A DNA stretch of 64,000 nucleotides from assembly GCA_965200245.1 (NCBI GenBank), contig CBDATS010000005.1:512001-576000 (forward strand), read 5' to 3'. Source of the stretch: a bacterium. GTDB taxonomy: Bacteria > UBA8248. A program made the position numbers and the translations under genes. The notes under the pieces were generated by a model. That model searched no databases. It was not told where the DNA came from and saw nothing but the letters and a program-made list of their open reading frames with translations. Shown here in pieces: positions 61,976 through 64,000 of the stretch (position 1 is the first letter of the stretch; each line of letters begins with the position of its first letter).

Positions 61976-63394
61976 ATGATGGCGTATCTGAGCGCGGCGG
62001 CGAACGTGCTCGTTCATGTTCCCGATCTGGTTCGCTACGGCTCGAAACCCTGGCGCGAAGCTCAAGGAAAAGAGCAAGCACCGGGCAGCGAGTTCGTCGG
62101 GTTGCGCTCTTTCAAAGATGCGCTCAGCTACCCACCGAACCAAGCGTTCATCGGTAATATCACGCCAGAGAAAATGAATGACATTCCCTCTCCTTGGTAC
62201 GAGAATCCCCTGCTAGACGCCTCGCACGAAAGCCCCTTTGGGGAAATCCTACCACAGAGTGCCTTCTACACCCTTATTGAGGCGGCGGATCAGTTCGGGC
62301 TAATAATGCTTGATAAGGAACGTATTGATTCAGGCGTTGTGAACTCTGAATCCGCCGCCGCTCTTCTCGATAGAGAAAAACCTGCCAAGGAATACAAGCG
62401 AGAAGAGATTTCAGAACGTATCGAGCGTGGAGAGGCCTTGCCGCTTTTCGTGGCCAGCGAACTCCTTGGGTGCGTTCGCCGCGATCATGACGCGGACGAA
62501 TCCTTGGACGCACGTATTCTTCTGGAGAACCTCGCGGCCAAGGCCAGCGGCGCTTACGCCTTAAGCCGTCTGCTCACGCAGGAGAGCATCGCGCCGGAAC
62601 AGATAGAGTACGTCATCAGTTGCTCGGAAGAGGCGGTAGGGGACCGATACAATCGCGGCGGTGGCAATCTCGCCAAGACCATCGCCGAGATGGCGGGCTG
62701 CGTGAATGCAGCGGGCGTGGACGTCAAGTCTTTCTGCGCGGCGCCTGTCAATGCGCTCGTTCACGCTGCAGCCTTGATCGAGGCGGAGGTCGTTGAGAAC
62801 GCCGTCGTCGTAGGCGGCGGCTCCATGGCGAAACTCGGCATGAAGGCCTACTTCCATCTCGAAAAGGGAGTACCCGTGCTGGAAGACGTATTAGGCGGAT
62901 TGGCGTTTTTTCTCACGAAAAATTCGGGCGATGGTCCTCGGGTGAATCTCGAAATCTCGGGACGCCACGTGATGGGCAAGCCTTCCACGCCCCAAGGACT
63001 TGCGGAGGCGCTCGTGCGCGACCCACTGGCCCGCGCCAGGCGCAAGCTGACGAGCGTCGATAAGTACGCCGTCGAACTGCATAACCCAGAAATCATGCTG
63101 CCCGCCGGTGCGGGAGACGTCGCTGCCGCGAACTATAGAATGCTGGCCGCCTTGGCAGTTATGGGCGGGGAAATCGAACGCGAGGAAATTCCGGGTTTCA
63201 TCAAAACCCACGGGATGCGCGGATTTGCGCCCACACAGGGACACATCCCCGCCGGCGTTCCCTTTCTCGGGCACGCGCTTGAGAGGATGCGAACAGGCGC
63301 GCTTGTGAGTACAATGGTTGTAGCCAAAGGGAGTCTGTTTCTGGGCCGGATGTCCCGCCAGGCCGACGGGGCTTCAGTGCTGTTGGAAACGTGA
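61976..63394 (+). CDS. grdC: Glycine/sarcosine/betaine reductase component C beta subunit
   Basis: [53 protein letters not shown] and KGSLFLGRM...DG motifs. Confidence 0.92.
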   Translation: MMAYLSAAANVLVHVPDLVRYGSKPWREAQGKEQAPGSEFVGLRSFKDALSYPPNQAFIGNITPEKMNDIPSPWYENPLLDASHESPFGEILPQSAFYTLIEAADQFGLIMLDKERIDSGVVNSESAAALLDREKPAKEYKREEISERIERGEALPLFVASELLGCVRRDHDADESLDARILLENLAAKASGAYALSRLLTQESIAPEQIEYVISCSEEAVGDRYNRGGGNLAKTIAEMAGCVNAAGVDVKSFCAAPVNALVHAAALIEAEVVENAVVVGGGSMAKLGMKAYFHLEKGVPVLEDVLGGLAFFLTKNSGDGPRVNLEISGRHVMGKPSTPQGLAEALVRDPLARARRKLTSVDKYAVELHNPEIMLPAGAGDVAAANYRMLAALAVMGGEIEREEIPGFIKTHGMRGFAPTQGHIPAGVPFLGHALERMRTGALVSTMVVAKGSLFLGRMSRQADGASVLLET

Positions 63395-63426
63395 TTCGTC
63401 TGTTTATCCGCAGGCGGAGGATACTA

Positions 63427-63879
63427 ATGTTTGAGGGCAAAAAGGTGATCGCGTTGGGCGAGCGCGACGGCGTTCCCGGCCCGCTTATCGCGGAATGCCT
63501 CAAGGCAGCGGGTGCAGAGGTCGTGTTCGAAAAGACGGAGTGTTTCGTCTGAACCTCCGCGGGTGCCATGGACCTGGAGAACCAGACCACTATCAAATCG
63601 ATCGCGGATGAAATCGGGGTGGATAATCTGATAGTGGTGGTGGGAATACCCGGTGAAGGCCTTCGGCTCGTAGTCGAAACGCTGACCACCGGGGACCCGA
63701 GTTGGGCCGGGCCCCTGGCGGGAGTTCAGTTGGGGCTCCCCGTGTTCCACATCCTTGAGGAAAAGGTGCGGACCCTTATTCCCGAGGATGTGTACACCGA
63801 GAAACTGCTCATGATGGAAATGGTGCTCGATCTGACGCAGATAGAGAGCGATCTGGCTTCTATGCGAGCGGCGGGCTAG
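63427..63879 (+). CDS. grdA: Glycine/sarcosine/betaine reductase selenoprotein A (Sec at TGA 63550-63552)
   Basis: [19 protein letters not shown]...[17 protein letters not shown]...[17 protein letters not shown]; RBS GGAGG. Confidence 0.95.
63553..63588 (+). promoter_or_regulatory. Possible SECIS hairpin of grdA
   Basis: CTGG-AGAA-CCAG stem about 21 nt after the TGA. Confidence 0.4.
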
Positions 63880-63889
63880 GGGGGCGATC

Positions 63890-64000
63890 ATGTCCATGCG
63901 ACTGGAGATGGGTATTTTTCCCGTCTCAAAAATCATTGTCGGAAAGCGCTTCGCGTATAAAGAAGAGACGCTCACCGTGGACGCGGATGAGCTTCGAGAA
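63890..64000 (+). CDS. Reductase component B proprotein (GrdE/GrdG/GrdI family), 5' fragment
   Basis: MSMRLEMGIFPVSKIIVGKRFAYKEETLTVDADELRE directly after grdA. Confidence 0.7.
   Translation, partial: MSMRLEMGIFPVSKIIVGKRFAYKEETLTVDADELRE

Noticed and set aside
1-64000. CRISPR arrays, tRNA, rRNA, integrase/att sites
   Set aside because: No regularly spaced repeats, cloverleaf signatures or recombinase gene seen.

Overview
Bacterial window of mostly high-GC catabolic and transport genes. From 1 to 36 kb it holds an AtuA/DUF4387-RidA-M20-ABC operon, a Tct transporter, a PPi-type phosphofructokinase, LLM oxidoreductases, acyl-CoA dehydrogenases, a Kelch lipoprotein, a ThDP decarboxylase, DUF1116 plus a deaminase, and a HAAT ABC transporter. 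From 36.3 to 48.0 kb is a translationally coupled three-gene DISARM-related defence module: a YprA-like helicase-DUF1998-nuclease fusion, a SNF2 helicase and an N6-adenine methyltransferase. Six lesions break this module, and an IS1634 remnant sits just upstream. From 49.4 to 61.0 kb is a visibly AT-richer block between IS remnants. It carries an AhpD-like gene with an in-frame CxxU (TGA) and a SECIS-like hairpin, directly behind an orphan molybdopterin large subunit, plus queF, a Zn dehydrogenase and an RND pump. The right end is the start of a glycine/sarcosine/betaine reductase cluster (grdC, selenoprotein grdA, grdE-like). Many small pseudogene remnants point to ongoing genome erosion. No tRNA, rRNA or CRISPR array was seen. 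All family calls come from reading motifs by eye, not from database searches.
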